Below are positions 1 through 14,490 of a stretch of 64,000 nucleotides of DNA, one piece after another (position 1 is the stretch's first letter; each line of letters starts with the position of its first letter). The notes under the pieces were generated by a model. It saw only the letters and a list, made by a program, of their open reading frames with translations, was not told the origin of the DNA and ran no database searches. This stretch comes from the human T2T-CHM13v2.0 reference genome, Homo sapiens, in the NCBI RefSeq assembly GCF_009914755.1, contig NC_060942.1. The stretch is one strand, 5' to 3'. Position numbers and translations under genes: made by a program.

Positions 1-216
<216 letters not shown>

Positions 217-489
217 AATTAATTAATTAATAAAATTCCTTTTTTCATTTATCACAAATATTTTCCATGCCACTAAATTTTCAACATTCTTTGTTACCAT
301 AATGTTGCATAATTTACTTAATTTTTTATACTTTATGGTTTTTAAATGTTCTATTGTGGACATTTTCAAACATAAATAGGATAGTTTAATGAACCCAAAT
401 GCATTCATCACTCACCTTCAACAATTTTAAATGTTCTGCTATATTTATCCCTAACTCTACCCACTTCCCACACCCCACTAAAGTTTAGT

Positions 490-3400
490 TGTTTTAGGTA
501 AAATTTACATATACTGCAATGCACACATCTTAGTTGTACAGTTTGGGAAAATAGATAAATCAGAGTAACCCACATCTGTATCAAATAGTGAACATTTTTC
601 ACCTCCCCTAAAGTTCATTCATAGCACTTTTCATTCAGTACCATGCACCAGAGGTAACCATTGTTATAATTTCTTTTCAACTTGAATTAATTCTGTTCCA
701 GAACTACATATAAGTGGAGTATGCACTCTTTTGTGTTGGTTATTTTACTCAGTATAACATTCGTTATACTGAGTATATAACATCTGAGATTTATTTACAT
801 TGTGAAATGTATTAGTCGTTTCTTCTTATTCACTTGCATTTTGCTGATGACTAAAGATGTTGATCACATCATTTGCTCATTGGTCAATCATATACCTTCC
901 TTTGTGGAGTGTCTGTCCAAATTCCTTATTCGTGTTTGAGTTCTCTTATTTTCATTGGTTTATAGGAGTTCATTGTGGGTATAGGTATTGCAAATACTTT
1001 CTATCTATTCATATTAGTAGCATATTTTAACATGCCATTTTGAATTTTATGAAGTCAACTTTATCAGCTTTCCTTGAATGGTTAATTTTTCTGTCCCATC
1101 AAAGAAATCTTTGCCTCTCTTAATGTCACAAAAAATATTCACCTATGTTTTCTTCTAAAAAAAGCTTCATAGTTTTAGATTTTATCGTTAGGTCTGTATT
1201 CAATTATTATTTGTGTGTGATATGAGGTGGGAGACAAGGTTTGCTTTTTTCTAATGTGTATATCCAGTTGTTCCATCATTGTTTGTTGAGAAAACTTCCA
1301 TTAAGTTATTTTGGCACCTTTGTTGACATCCAACAGACCATGCTAGTGTGGGTCTATTTCTGCATTCAGTTGTGTTTCATTGATCTGTTTGCCAATTCTT
1401 ATATATCACACTATCTTGATTACTGTGGCATTATAGTGAACTTTAAAGGAAGGTAATGGAAGTCCTCCAGCTTTGGTCTTCATCAAAATTCCTTTGGATA
1501 TTTTAGGTCGTTTGCATTTCCACATAAATTTTAAAATCCACTTTTCAATTACTATGAAAAAGCCTTCTGGGATAACAATTGAGATTGCATTGAACCCATA
1601 GGTTAAATGAGAAAGTAAGCACCCTAACACATTGAGCCTTCAATCCATCACAGCTCATACCCCTCCATTTGTTTAGGTCTTTAATTTCTCTCAGCAATGT
1701 TTTGTAGTTTTCAATATAGAGGTTTTGCACATCTTTCATCAAATTTATTCCCAAGTATTTCACGGTTTGGGATTCTATTGTGATGAAGATTTTAAAATTT
1801 CATGTTCCAATTGTGTTGTTGTTGTCTTTTAGTATATAGCAATATAATTTATTTTTGTGTACCTTGTATCCTGAGACCTAGCTAGACTCACATATTAGCT
1901 CTAGAATGCCTTTGAGATTATTCCTTAGTATTTCCTATATAAACAATATGTCTTTTGGGAATACAGACAATTTTACTTTTTCATTTCCAATCTTTACACT
2001 TACAAATTCATTCTCTTGCCTTATTGAAACAACTAAGACCTCAAGTGTAATGTTAAATTAAAAGGTTGAGGGGCCAGGTGTGGTGGCTCACATCTGTATC
2101 CCAGTGCTTTGGGAGGCCGAGGCAGGAGGATCGCTTGAGGCCAGGAGTTTGAGACCAGCCTGGGCAACATAGTGAGATCCTGTCTCTACAAAAAAAGAAA
2201 AAAGAAATTTGTTTGAATTAGCCAGCATGGTGGCGTGCGCCCGTAGTCCTAGCTACCCAGGAGGCTGAGGCAAGAGGGTCACTTGAGCCTTGACATTAGA
2301 GGTTATAGTGGGCTATGCTCATACCACTGCACTCCAGCCCGAGTGACACAGAAGAGAGACCTTGTCTCTAAAAAAAAGAAAAGTGATGAGAACAAACATC
2401 CTTGCTACCAATGTTAGGAAGTTTTCAGCATTTCACTATTAATTAATGAAGTTAGCTGCAGGATTTTAGTGACTGTCCCAATATCAGAAGTTTATTTCTG
2501 TTTATAGTTTTTTCTAAGAGTTGGAGTTTTTTCACAACTTGATATGGACTTTTTTCAAATGCCTTTTCCACATCTATTGAAGTAACTATGTCATTTCTTG
2601 TTAGCATAGTAATGTGGCGAATTGCACTGATTAACTATTAAATATGAAATCAACCTGGCATTATGGGGATAAATCCCACTTGGTTATAACATATTATTTT
2701 TCTACATTGTTGGATTGAATCATATTTTAAAGATTTTTTTTTGCATCTATGTTAATGAACCATCTTGGCCCAAAATTTTCTGATTTTGTATTTTATGTCA
2801 AGTTTTTGTGTTAATATTGTGTTGGCCTTAAGTCACAGAGTATTTTTTTTTCTTCCTGTGTATTCTGAAAGAGTTTGCATAAGATAGGTAATATTTCTTC
2901 CTTAACTGTTGTATAGAATTCATCAGTGAAATAATCTATACCTGGAGTTTTCTTTGTGAGGGCACTTTTAAAGCAACTCTAATTTCTTTACTATATATAC
3001 CACTATTCAGGTTTTCTGTTTTTTTCTTGTACTAGTTTTGGTAAGCTGTATTTTTTCATTTGTTCATTCCATCTAAGTTGTCAAATGTGTTGACATAAAG
3101 TTGTTTATAATCTTCCCAGGTTATGATTTTGATACAGAGAGACTCTATAACACTATACCCTCTTTTAAACCTAATACTGGTAATTTGTGTTTCTTTCTTG
3201 TTAGAGATTTATTCATTTTGTTAAACTTTTCAAAGAATAATATTTTGCTTTCCTCATTTCCTCCTGGTTTGTTTTCAATTTCTTTGATTTTTGCTCTTCA
3301 TTATTTCCTTTCTTCTTATTTTGGGTTTAATTTCTTGTCTTTTTCTAGACTCTTAGGGTGGAAATGAAAATCAATTATTTTAAGGCTTTCTTCCTTTTGA

Positions 3401-4050
3401 ATGTAAGCAATTAAAGCTATGAATGCTACATCTAAGAACTGCTTTAGCTACATCTCACAAATTTTGATATGTGTTATTTTCGCTGTCATTAAGTTTGAAA
3501 TACTTCTCATTTCCTTGTTATTTCTTCCTAGAATCACAGTTTATTTAGAAGTTTATTGTTTAATTTCCAAATATCTGGGGACTTTCTACATACTTTGCTG
3601 TTATTCTCATTTAATCCCATTGTGGCCAGAAAGCATGCTCGAAGATGCTCAGTATTTTATAATTTGTTGAGACTTACTTTTGGCCCGAGGTCTGCTCTAT
3701 CTTGGTGAAAATTCCACATCAACTTGGGAAGAGCATTTTGTCCTTGTTAGGTGTAGGTTTCTATAGATATCAGCTCATTAGAGGTGGCTTATACTTCAGA
3801 CCTTCTGGTTTTTTAAGCATGTTAAAAGATCCAGCTAGGACTGTGGATTTGTTTGCTTCTCCCTTTTGTTCTTTCAGATATTATATTTTGAATTGCTGTA
3901 TACACATTTATATTTGTTATGTCTTCCTGATGTTCTGACCCTTTTCGACATGATGAACTAGTCCTCTCTGTTCTCAATAAACCTCTTATCTTGCAGCCTA
4001 TTTTGCTTGATGTTAATATAGACACTCTAGGTTTCTAACGGTTGATGGTT
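490..4050 (-). mobile_element. Old L1 (L1M) 3' end and degraded ORF2, interrupted by an Alu
   Basis: Minus-strand ORFs 1545-1763 ([28 protein letters not shown]) and 1406-1630 (FNAISI.IP..FF..IEK.ILKF.WK) match L1 ORF2p, with frameshifts. Confidence 0.8.
2072..2382 (+). mobile_element. AluJ
   Basis: GGCCAGGTGTGGTGGCTC...GGAGGATCGCTTGAGGCCAGGAGTTTGAG, A-rich tail. Confidence 0.88.
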
Positions 4051-4054
4051 CCAT

Positions 4055-4482
4055 GTGTAGTGGGTTAAATAGTGCTCCTCCATAATTCACTTCCACCTGG
4101 AACCTCAGAATGTGACCTTATTTGTAAATCATATTTGTAGATTGTAATTAAAGTAAGGATCAAAATGAGATCACATTGGATTAGGATGAGCTCCACATCC
4201 AATAAGACTGAACTTATAAGGACACACAGGGACAGAAGAAAGAAGGCCATGAAAAGACAAAGCAGAGATTGGAGTGATGCTGCCACAAGCCAAGAAGGGC
4301 TAGGAGCCACCAGAGGCTGAAAGAGGCCAAGAAGTATCCTCCTCTAGAGGTTTCAGAGGGATGTGGCCTTGCCAACACCTTGACTTTGCCTTCTGGTGTC
4401 TAGAACTGTGAGATAATGAATTTCTGTTGTTTTAACCTTCTCAGCTTTTAATTTCTGACCACAGCCCTAGGAAATTAATACA
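4055..4482 (+). mobile_element. MLT1-type (MaLR) solo LTR
   Basis: GGAACCTCAGAATGTGACCTTATTTG...CTAGAACTGTGAGATAATGAATTTCTGTTGTTTTAA...CCCTAGGAAATTAATACA. Confidence 0.75.
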
Positions 4483-4489
4483 GCATATA

Positions 4490-4846
4490 CCTTAGTAAGT
4501 TTATGCTACAACATAATATCACGGACTGAGTGACTTAACAATTTATTTTACCTCAGTTCTAGAAGCTGCCAGTCCAAGATCAGAATGCCAGGTGGCTGTC
4601 CTCTGGTGGGGTCCTCTTCCTGGTGAGTAGATGGCCACCTCACTGTGCCCTCACATGGCAGGAACAGTGTAAGCAAGCTCTCTGGTGTCTCTTCTTATAA
4701 GGGCACTTATCCTATCACAGGGCCCCACCCGCAGGACTTCACCTAAACCTAATTACCTCCCAAAGGCTCCATCTCCACAAACCATCACACTGGGGGCTAG
4801 GACTTCAACATATGAATTTGAAAGAGACACATTCAGTCCATAATAC
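4490..4846 (-). mobile_element. MLT1/MST-type (MaLR) LTR, antisense
   Basis: TCTCTGGTGTCTCTTCTTATAAGGGCAC...CCTAATTACCTCCCAAAGG...CTTCAACATATGAATTT...ATTCAGTCCATAA. Confidence 0.7.
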
Positions 4847-5194
4847 CATGGTATATATTTTCATTCTTTTTACTACTAACCTACTTGTGTCTGTATTTAA
4901 GGTGTGTTCCTTATAAACAGCACTGAGTTGGGTCTTTTCTTTTTAATCCACTCTGACATTCTCTGGTCCTTTATTTTGGGGGCGGCAGCAGTTAGTCCAC
5001 TTATATTTAATTATAGTTGAATTTAAATCTGCCACTTTGATATTTGTTTCCTATTGAGTTCATTTGTTTGTTTCCCTCTGCTCCTCCTTTCTTTGGGTGT
5101 AATTGAAGCTTTTTGGTATTTCAGTTTTATTTCCCCATTGGCTTTTAAGACACACTACTTTGCATTATTTTTTAGTGGTTGCTGTAAGGCTGCA

Positions 5195-5397
5195 TTTTAC
5201 CAAATGATAGCTACTAACTAATGTGGCTATTTAAATTTAAAATTTAAGCTAATTAAAATTATACAAAATTAAAATTTAGTTCCTTAGTCACAAAACCCAC
5301 ATTGCAAGTGTTCAATGAATATGTGTGACTAGCGGCTATCTTATATATGACAAAGCAGTTATAGACTATTTCTAACACTGCAAAAAGTTGTATTGGT
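5195..5397. mobile_element. MER3/MER33-like hAT-Charlie MITE
   Basis: ATGTGGCTATTTAAATTTAAA...AAATTAAAATTTAGTTCCTTAGTCACA...CCACATTGCAAGTGTTCAAT. Confidence 0.6.
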
Positions 5398-5601
5398 GAT
5401 TTATCACAATCTACTTACAGTTAATATACTATTTAACACAAAATATTGGGATTTTGTGAGCATATAATTCCTTTACCCCCATCTTTTGCAATGCTTTCAT
5501 ATATTTCGCATATATTTCATCTATATACATCATAAGCCCACAATACTAATATTTTTTCTTGAAGAGAAATATGATTTTTTAAGTTTAAAAGGAAAGAATA
5601 T

Positions 5602-5962
<361 letters not shown>

Positions 5963-7372
5963 TTATTTTTCCCCTAATCTGATACCATCTTTTGACATAT
6001 ATCCCCTAAAGAGTTCCATTTATCATTTTTCATAGTGTGGGTCAACTGAAGACAAATTCTCTCAGATTTTTATCTTATTTTTTACCTTTATTATTGAAAT
6101 ATAACTTTGCAGCATGTAAAATTCTAGGTTAATCGTTGTTTTTCAGCAGTTCAACTGTGTCGTTCTAGTGCCTTTTGGCCTTTATTGTTTCCAGTAAAAA
6201 GCTAACATTATTCATATGTTGTTTATCACACATAATGTCTCTTTTTTCTTCAGCTGCTTTTATAATTTTCTCTTCATATTTGGAGTTCAGCAATGTTACT
6301 ATATGTACATAGGTCTGATTTTCTATGTATTGGTCCTGCCTGTGGTTCATTGGGTTTCTTGGATTTATAAATTGTCTTTTACCAAGTATCAGAAATTTGA
6401 AGCCACTATTTCTTCCAAAATTTTCTTTTTCCTCACTTCCTAAGACTCTGCACTTATATTAGACGAGATTATATTGACCAACAGGTCTCTGAAGATCTGT
6501 ATGTTTTTCTTCCACTGCTTTTCTTCCATCTTTTTTCAGATAGGATCATTTCTATTGATCTATTTTGTAGTTCCTCAATTTATTCTGTCTTCAGTCTGCT
6601 GTTAGGCACCTCCAGTGAATTTTTCCTTCAGTTATAGTAATTTTCAATTTCAGTATTTCCATTTATTTCTTGTTATGCTTCAATTTCTTGCTGAGATTCT
6701 CCATTTGCTCATTTATTATGTGTATCTCTTCTTTTAAATATGTGAACATATTTATAATAGCTGCTTTAAAATCCTTGTCTGCTGATTGTTACGGTTGAGT
6801 CATCTAGGCATCAATTTACATCAAATTTTGTGGGTCATATTTTCCTGTTTCTGTGCATGTCTAGTGTGCTTTTTGTTTGACACTGGACATTATGAATGAT
6901 ATGTTGTAGAGACTTGGAGTTCTGTTTTATTTCTCTAATGAATGATTTTTGTTTTCTTATTATAAAAAGTTCACTTGGCTTGACTCAGACTCCAAACTCT
7001 GTCTCCCCTAAAGTGAGAAGCACCTGAAATCTTTGTTCTTTTAGCTTTTCTAGTATTTTGTCAGGCCACTGAGGTCTCCCCCATCCATTGTTGTTCAGTG
7101 ATCTGCCAAAGATTTGAGTAGATTTGATATACAAATGTGAGGGGGTCACACCTCTGAAGTTTCTTTCCTTCTAGGATTTCACTGCTAATGGTCTGGTTTT
7201 TCTCCCAGCTCCAAATTGTATTCTGTGACATTTCAAGTCAGAAAGTACAGCCAGCTTCATGGGCCTGTGACCTGCAAATTCATACAAGGGCCACACACAT
7301 GGTTTAATGTTCTGCTATCACTGTCTTGAAATTATTATTCAATGAGGGGCCACATTTTAACTGACGTACTTA

Positions 7373-7724
<352 letters not shown>

Positions 7725-8334
7725 TTAGTATACAAAATATTATCCTTCTTGTATGATATTGATAAAGTTTAGCTAATAAGTTATAATAGAAAAGCAATTG
7801 CTGTAAGTCTCTTGGGTCTCAGTTTCTTCAAAAGCCTTTCCTGCCTCACACACTACTCTTCCCCATCTCGATTTAAACAGGACCTTCCTTTATACTCTGA
7901 GAATCCTGTTTTTTCCCTTCATGGCATTAGCGTAATTTACAATTAATATATTTACCTGTGTTTTTATGATTGAGTATATTTCTACCTCATTAGTCTATAA
8001 ATTCCATGAGGACCCCTGTCTTTGCCTCACCCAGCACCAACAAGAATGCCTAGGGTACTGTAGGCACTTAATTAAATGGATGAATGGATAAATGGATAGA
8101 TGGATGAGTGAATGAATAGCGAAAATGACAGTGATATTTAGTAACTTTTTCTATTTTCCCAAGTTAGATTTTCTATAGTCCTCCTTTCTTTTGCTCAAAT
8201 ATCTAAAAGTATGCCATAATTTTAGCAAAATTTGGGGAACAATGTTAGGTCAAAAGTAGTACATGTATGCACATTTGTTATCAGTAGGACCCCCAAAAGA
8301 AATGTGAATGCCGGATCTCCAACTTCTTGATTTA

Positions 8335-8727
<393 letters not shown>

Positions 8728-9444
8728 TCATTAAGCAGCCTAATCTGGTGTGTTAATGAGAGATGTATTTAACTATCAGCTATAATATTCCATGTCATTT
8801 TCCAAGGAACACATCTTACAGCAGGTTTTTCACAAGCTATATTGAAATGTTCACCTGTTGCAGAAGCTCTATAAGATGCTATGCATTCAGCGGGAAATAA
8901 CCGAAGACATAGCACCTCTGGCAGGCTTGTTTCTCAGCGTCATGGAGAGAGCGCACCCAGTCTGAAGGCGCATCTGCTCCTCTCTGCCCTATATTGTGGA
9001 TTAAGAAAATACAGTGTATAATCTCATATTCTCATTTCAGCAAATATAAATAGTACATGGCAATTATATGTGCTCGGTTTTCATTTTTAAGGGTGGAGAT
9101 TGTTGAAAATGGTGTCGTGGACCAGACTCCAGAATTGGAGATTTTGTAGAGATCAAAGGTATAGTACTATTAAAGTAGGGATAAAGAGTGTGCAGACGTG
9201 GGTGTAAGATAATGAGCAGAAAAGGGAGTGGCAAGGTGCAGAGATCTCTGCAAGAAATGGATTGGGGAAATTGAAGGCTTTAAAGCCACGGTCTCTATTC
9301 CTACACCCAGCTTTCCGTCCTCGGTTACTATCGCCCAAGATCAAAGCCACCCTGGTTTTCTGATTGCCGCAACTGCGGCTCCAGGTGCTGAGTGCACAGC
9401 CACTGCGGCACTGTCCGCAGCTGCGCGCCGGGCTCAGACGGCAT

Positions 9445-9585
9445 TATTTACGGTACAGAATACTCGCCCGCGCGACGGTATTTACGGTAACGGGGACCAG
9501 CCTGGGCGGCAGTATTTACGGTAACGAAAGCCAGCTGTATTTACGGTAGCGAGGGCTGGACCGGCGGCGGCATTTACGGTAACGG
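9445..9585 (+). repeat. Five-copy (T)ATTTACGGTA(AC) motif array in the promoter
   Basis: Copies start at 9445, 9479, 9513, 9538 and 9571 (last is CATTTACGGTAACGG); spacings 34, 34, 25, 33; spacers are divergent and GC-rich. Confidence 0.9.
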
Positions 9586-9682
9586 GGGCCGGGCTCGCGG
9601 AGGCCCGTCGGTTCGGTCCGCTCTGGGCGTTAGCAAGTGATCTCCAGCCAAGGCGGCCGCCACCCCTTGCACACAGCAGAAA

Positions 9683-9827
9683 ATGCAAAATGACCCTCTG
9701 GGGCAGTGAGGGGCTGTGGCCCTCGGCCCCGGCCTGCCGCACCCCCTTCCCGCAGCTGGCGGCCGGCAGCGCCGAACAGGGTCCGGGTGCAGCCCCCTCC
9801 CGCCCCTCCGCTGAGGCGCCGGCCTGA
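9683..9827 (+). other. Two overlapping candidate upstream ORFs (9683-9709, 8 aa MQNDPLGQ; 9690-9827, 45 aa)
   Basis: AAATGCAAAATGACC: two ATGs, each with A at -3; stops TGA 9707-9709 and TGA 9825-9827. They are uORFs only if the TSS lies upstream of 9683. Confidence 0.55.
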
Positions 9828-9906
9828 ACTGGGCGCGGGAACCAGGCCGCCCTCGGCGCCCAGCCTGCCCTAGTCCCGCGCGCCGCCCCCGCTGTGCCGC
9901 GCCCAC

Positions 9907-10282
9907 ATGGGTCTGTGCTACAGTCTGCGGCCGCTGCTTTTCGGGGGCCCAGGGGACGACCCCTGCGCGGCCTCGGAGCCGCCGGTGGAGGACGCGCAGC
10001 CCGCCCCGGCCCCGGCCCTGGCCCCAGTCCGGGCGGCCGCAAGGGACACGGCCCGGACCCTGCTCCCTCGGGGCGGCGAAGGGAGCCCGGCATGCGCTCG
10101 GCCCAAAGCAGACAAGCCGAAGGAGAAGCGGCAGCGCACCGAGCAGCTGAGTGCCGAGGAGCGCGAGGCGGCCAAGGAGCGCGAGGCGGTCAAGGAGGCG
10201 AGGAAAGTGAGCCGGGGCATCGACCGCATGCTGCGCGACCAGAAGCGCGACCTGCAGCAGACGCACCGGCTCCTGCTGCTCG
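9907..10282 (+). CDS. GNAL: GNAL exon 1 of the long isoform (XLGolf N-terminus, 125 codons + 1 nt); spliced to exons beyond this window
   Basis: ORF from ATG 9907 reads MGLCYSLRPLLFGG...KVSRGIDRMLRDQKRDLQQTHRLLLLG. The Gs-family alphaN helix and THRLLLLG (preceding the P-loop GAGESGKS) end at a phase-1 donor CTCG|GTAGGT (GT 10283-10284). The ORF-track extension to 10401 is intronic read-through. Confidence 0.96.
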
Positions 10283-10340
10283 GTAGGTCCCGGCCGCGAG
10301 GTCGGCTGACGCCCCGGGGACAGCGCGCCGGGCCCGCGGG

Positions 10341-10390
10341 GGCGGCGGGCACCGGGGAGCGGTGGCGGGCACCGGGGAGCGGCGGCGGGA
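10341..10390 (+). repeat. 20-bp G-rich tandem repeat (GGCGGCGGGCACCGGGGAGC x2.5)
   Basis: Directly visible ~58 nt downstream of the splice donor. Confidence 0.85.
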
Positions 10391-10804
10391 GGGGCTCCTG
10401 AATCCCGGGACTGGACCCGGACGGGCGGCGGGCGCGGACGGGCTACAGAGCGTTTAAACTGTGGGTGGAATGGTTCCCCTGACCTAGCCGGGAGGACACT
10501 ACGGGCTGATTCTGCCCCTCCCAGTGCCTTGAGCTTACTGCCGCTCGCTCTCTCTAATTAATGAGCCTCTCTGGGAAGTCTCCCCCTCGATTGATCACCT
10601 TCCACAGGGTCGAATCCCCGGGGATGTCTACCCTAGCCTCTCACTTCCTGCTACACGAGGAGGCTGGCAGTTTGTTTTAAGAACACAGATGAAAGGAGAT
10701 TTATAAGGCCTTTTAGCTTGACTGCAAAGCTTTTATTCCAATCACAGTGTTGTGGGTGGGTGTGGCCTGCTGCCTTTTGAGAAAGAACTTGAGCTGCACT
10801 TGCA

Positions 10805-12100
<1,296 letters not shown>

Positions 12101-12984
12101 CACTTGCATTTTACTTTGGAAGCTCAACCCCAGCTCTGGGAGATTTGCTCCGCTTGAGAACCAGCTGCACGAAAGGGTGGCGGGCCGCAGTGTGCTCGCT
12201 GTGTAACTGCGTGCAGGAGGGTGGGTGCAGAATCCCAGCGTTTTCAAGGAACCAAATGCTTGCTCTCCTAGTAGTATTTTTCAGAGCTTAGCTATAGCAA
12301 ATACGTGTGCTCCTACAACAATTAGAAAACATGGTTCTATGCACTCTACCGTAGAATGAAAAAAAAATCACGATTTCCTGATACTACTTGTTGCCTTTTA
12401 AATTTTAAGACAAAATAATAATAATTGGGCTTTTGATCGCAATTTTGTGAGGTGTAAGGAAGAATAGTTGTTCAGGTCTGTGCTCTCTGCTATGCATGGG
12501 AGAAGGAGCTATTCCATGACTTTAGCAAGATGCCCGCTTATAAATGAATGCAACTTTCATTTAAGATCTAGAATACAATAAATATTGAGTTTGAGAGGAC
12601 TTGTCCACTGCAAGAATGAATAATTTAAAACAACATAAACCTAGCTGTTGTATCCTGTTGAAATATCTAATTTCTAAAGCAAAGGGAAATATTTTTGAAG
12701 AAACAACAACAACAACAAAAAACAGTAAACACTCAGGTTATCTCAACAGGGACGCGGGCTGAGCGGTAGCAGAGCTCTCCCCTCCAGTGCTCACCTCCAG
12801 AATATCGCAGAGCACACGTTTCCAGAGGTCTGAGGATACAGAAGTGTAACTTTAGAATTTCATACCTCGTTAAACCATTGTTGGTGTGTGAGGGTAAAAT
12901 AAATCTTCGGATATGCAAGTACTCAAAGTATACCCTCATCCACATATTTTTCTGGAAGGAAACTTAAAAAAAAAATAGAGACAC

Positions 12985-13290
12985 AGCGGTGGCTCACGCC
13001 TGTAATCCCAGCACTTTGAGAAGCTGGGGCTGGTGGATCACTTGATCTCAGGAGTTCAAGACCAGCCTGGGTAGCATAGTAAAACCCCATCTCTACAAAA
13101 AAATACGAAAATTAGCTGGGTGGTGCGCTGGAGACCCTGTCTCAAAAATGAATAAATAAACAAATAAAAGAATAGAGACAAGTCTCACTACGCTGGCCAG
13201 GCTGATCTCAAACTCCTGGCCTCAACTGACCCACCCACGTCAGCATCCTAAAGTGCTGGGATTACAGGCATGAGCCACCATGCTCTACCT
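12985..13290. mobile_element. Two Alu/FLAM fragments in opposite orientation
   Basis: + left arm ~12985-13150; - left arm ~13175-13288. Confidence 0.75.
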
Positions 13291-14102
13291 GGAAAGACAT
13301 TAATTGGAAATTACTTCAGCCAAAATTTTTAAAATGCATCAAATTAAAATAATTCAAAAAGGGGAGAATTTTTTTAAAGGGGGGAGAGTTGTCATCTCAA
13401 GAAACTGACAAAAAAAAATAAGACAAATAGGATCAGGAGTTGTGACAATATAGTGTTGTTTTGATGTGATTATACAGTTGAACATAATTTTAAAATAAAG
13501 GATATGAGAAGCAGAAAATGCTTTATATATAATAAAAGTTATTAGACTATGAATCTGTGAAAAACAAATGTGATGAGATATGGTCTGAAGAATAGAATGG
13601 TGAGCTCTAAAGAGTCAGCTTCTTGTAACACATTTGAAAGTACTCTTTGAAGACATCATCTCATAGCCTCATAGAGTTTATATATCAGCATCATATCTAA
13701 AATGACGTAAAATCAAATGACTCACTTTTCAGGGGGAGTGTATTGTATGTATCCTCCACCCAGTGATATCTACACTAAAACGCATACTGTTACATGAGGT
13801 TGACATTGTTTATCAATTTTATATAGATTTGAGTTAAACACACAAAGGTTCTTGATTTTATTAGGCTTTAAAATGGATTTAGCTGGAAATTTTTGAGTCA
13901 GAAATATGACTTATTGACCATTAATATCCTCAGATAATTACTTATGCTGCCATTGTGTTTAACAGCCATTTATTCTTGCTCACTGACCACATTCATTTGT
14001 TTATTCTGGAAATGTGCACCGAAAGCTGGGCATTGGGTTCAGAGACCTCAGACCCAGGGAAGGTGCACTTGCTCCAGCAGTGTCTTTTTTTTTTTTTTTT
14101 TT

Positions 14103-14490
<388 letters not shown>

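Larger units (their letters stand above)
9350..10650. promoter_or_regulatory. GNAL: CpG island / promoter and 5' UTR of GNAL XL exon
   Basis: Very GC- and CpG-dense against AT-rich flanks; GC boxes such as CCCCTCCCGCCCCTCC at ~9794-9809; spans exon 1 and the donor. Confidence 0.9.

Noticed and set aside
9445-9585. CRISPR-like array or CMV vector contamination
   Set aside because: Repeats are only 11-14 bp, there are no cas genes and the context is human. The CMV-like match is short, with no other CMV enhancer sequence nearby.
9482-10372. Long antisense ORFs over the CpG island (203, 230, 144 aa)
   Set aside because: Expected from stop-codon depletion in very GC-rich DNA and the antisense shadow of the GNAL exon; low-complexity Arg/Gly/Pro, no recognisable domain.
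10283-10401. Extension of the GNAL ORF to 164 aa
   Set aside because: Lies past the canonical donor; G-alpha homology stops at LLLLG.
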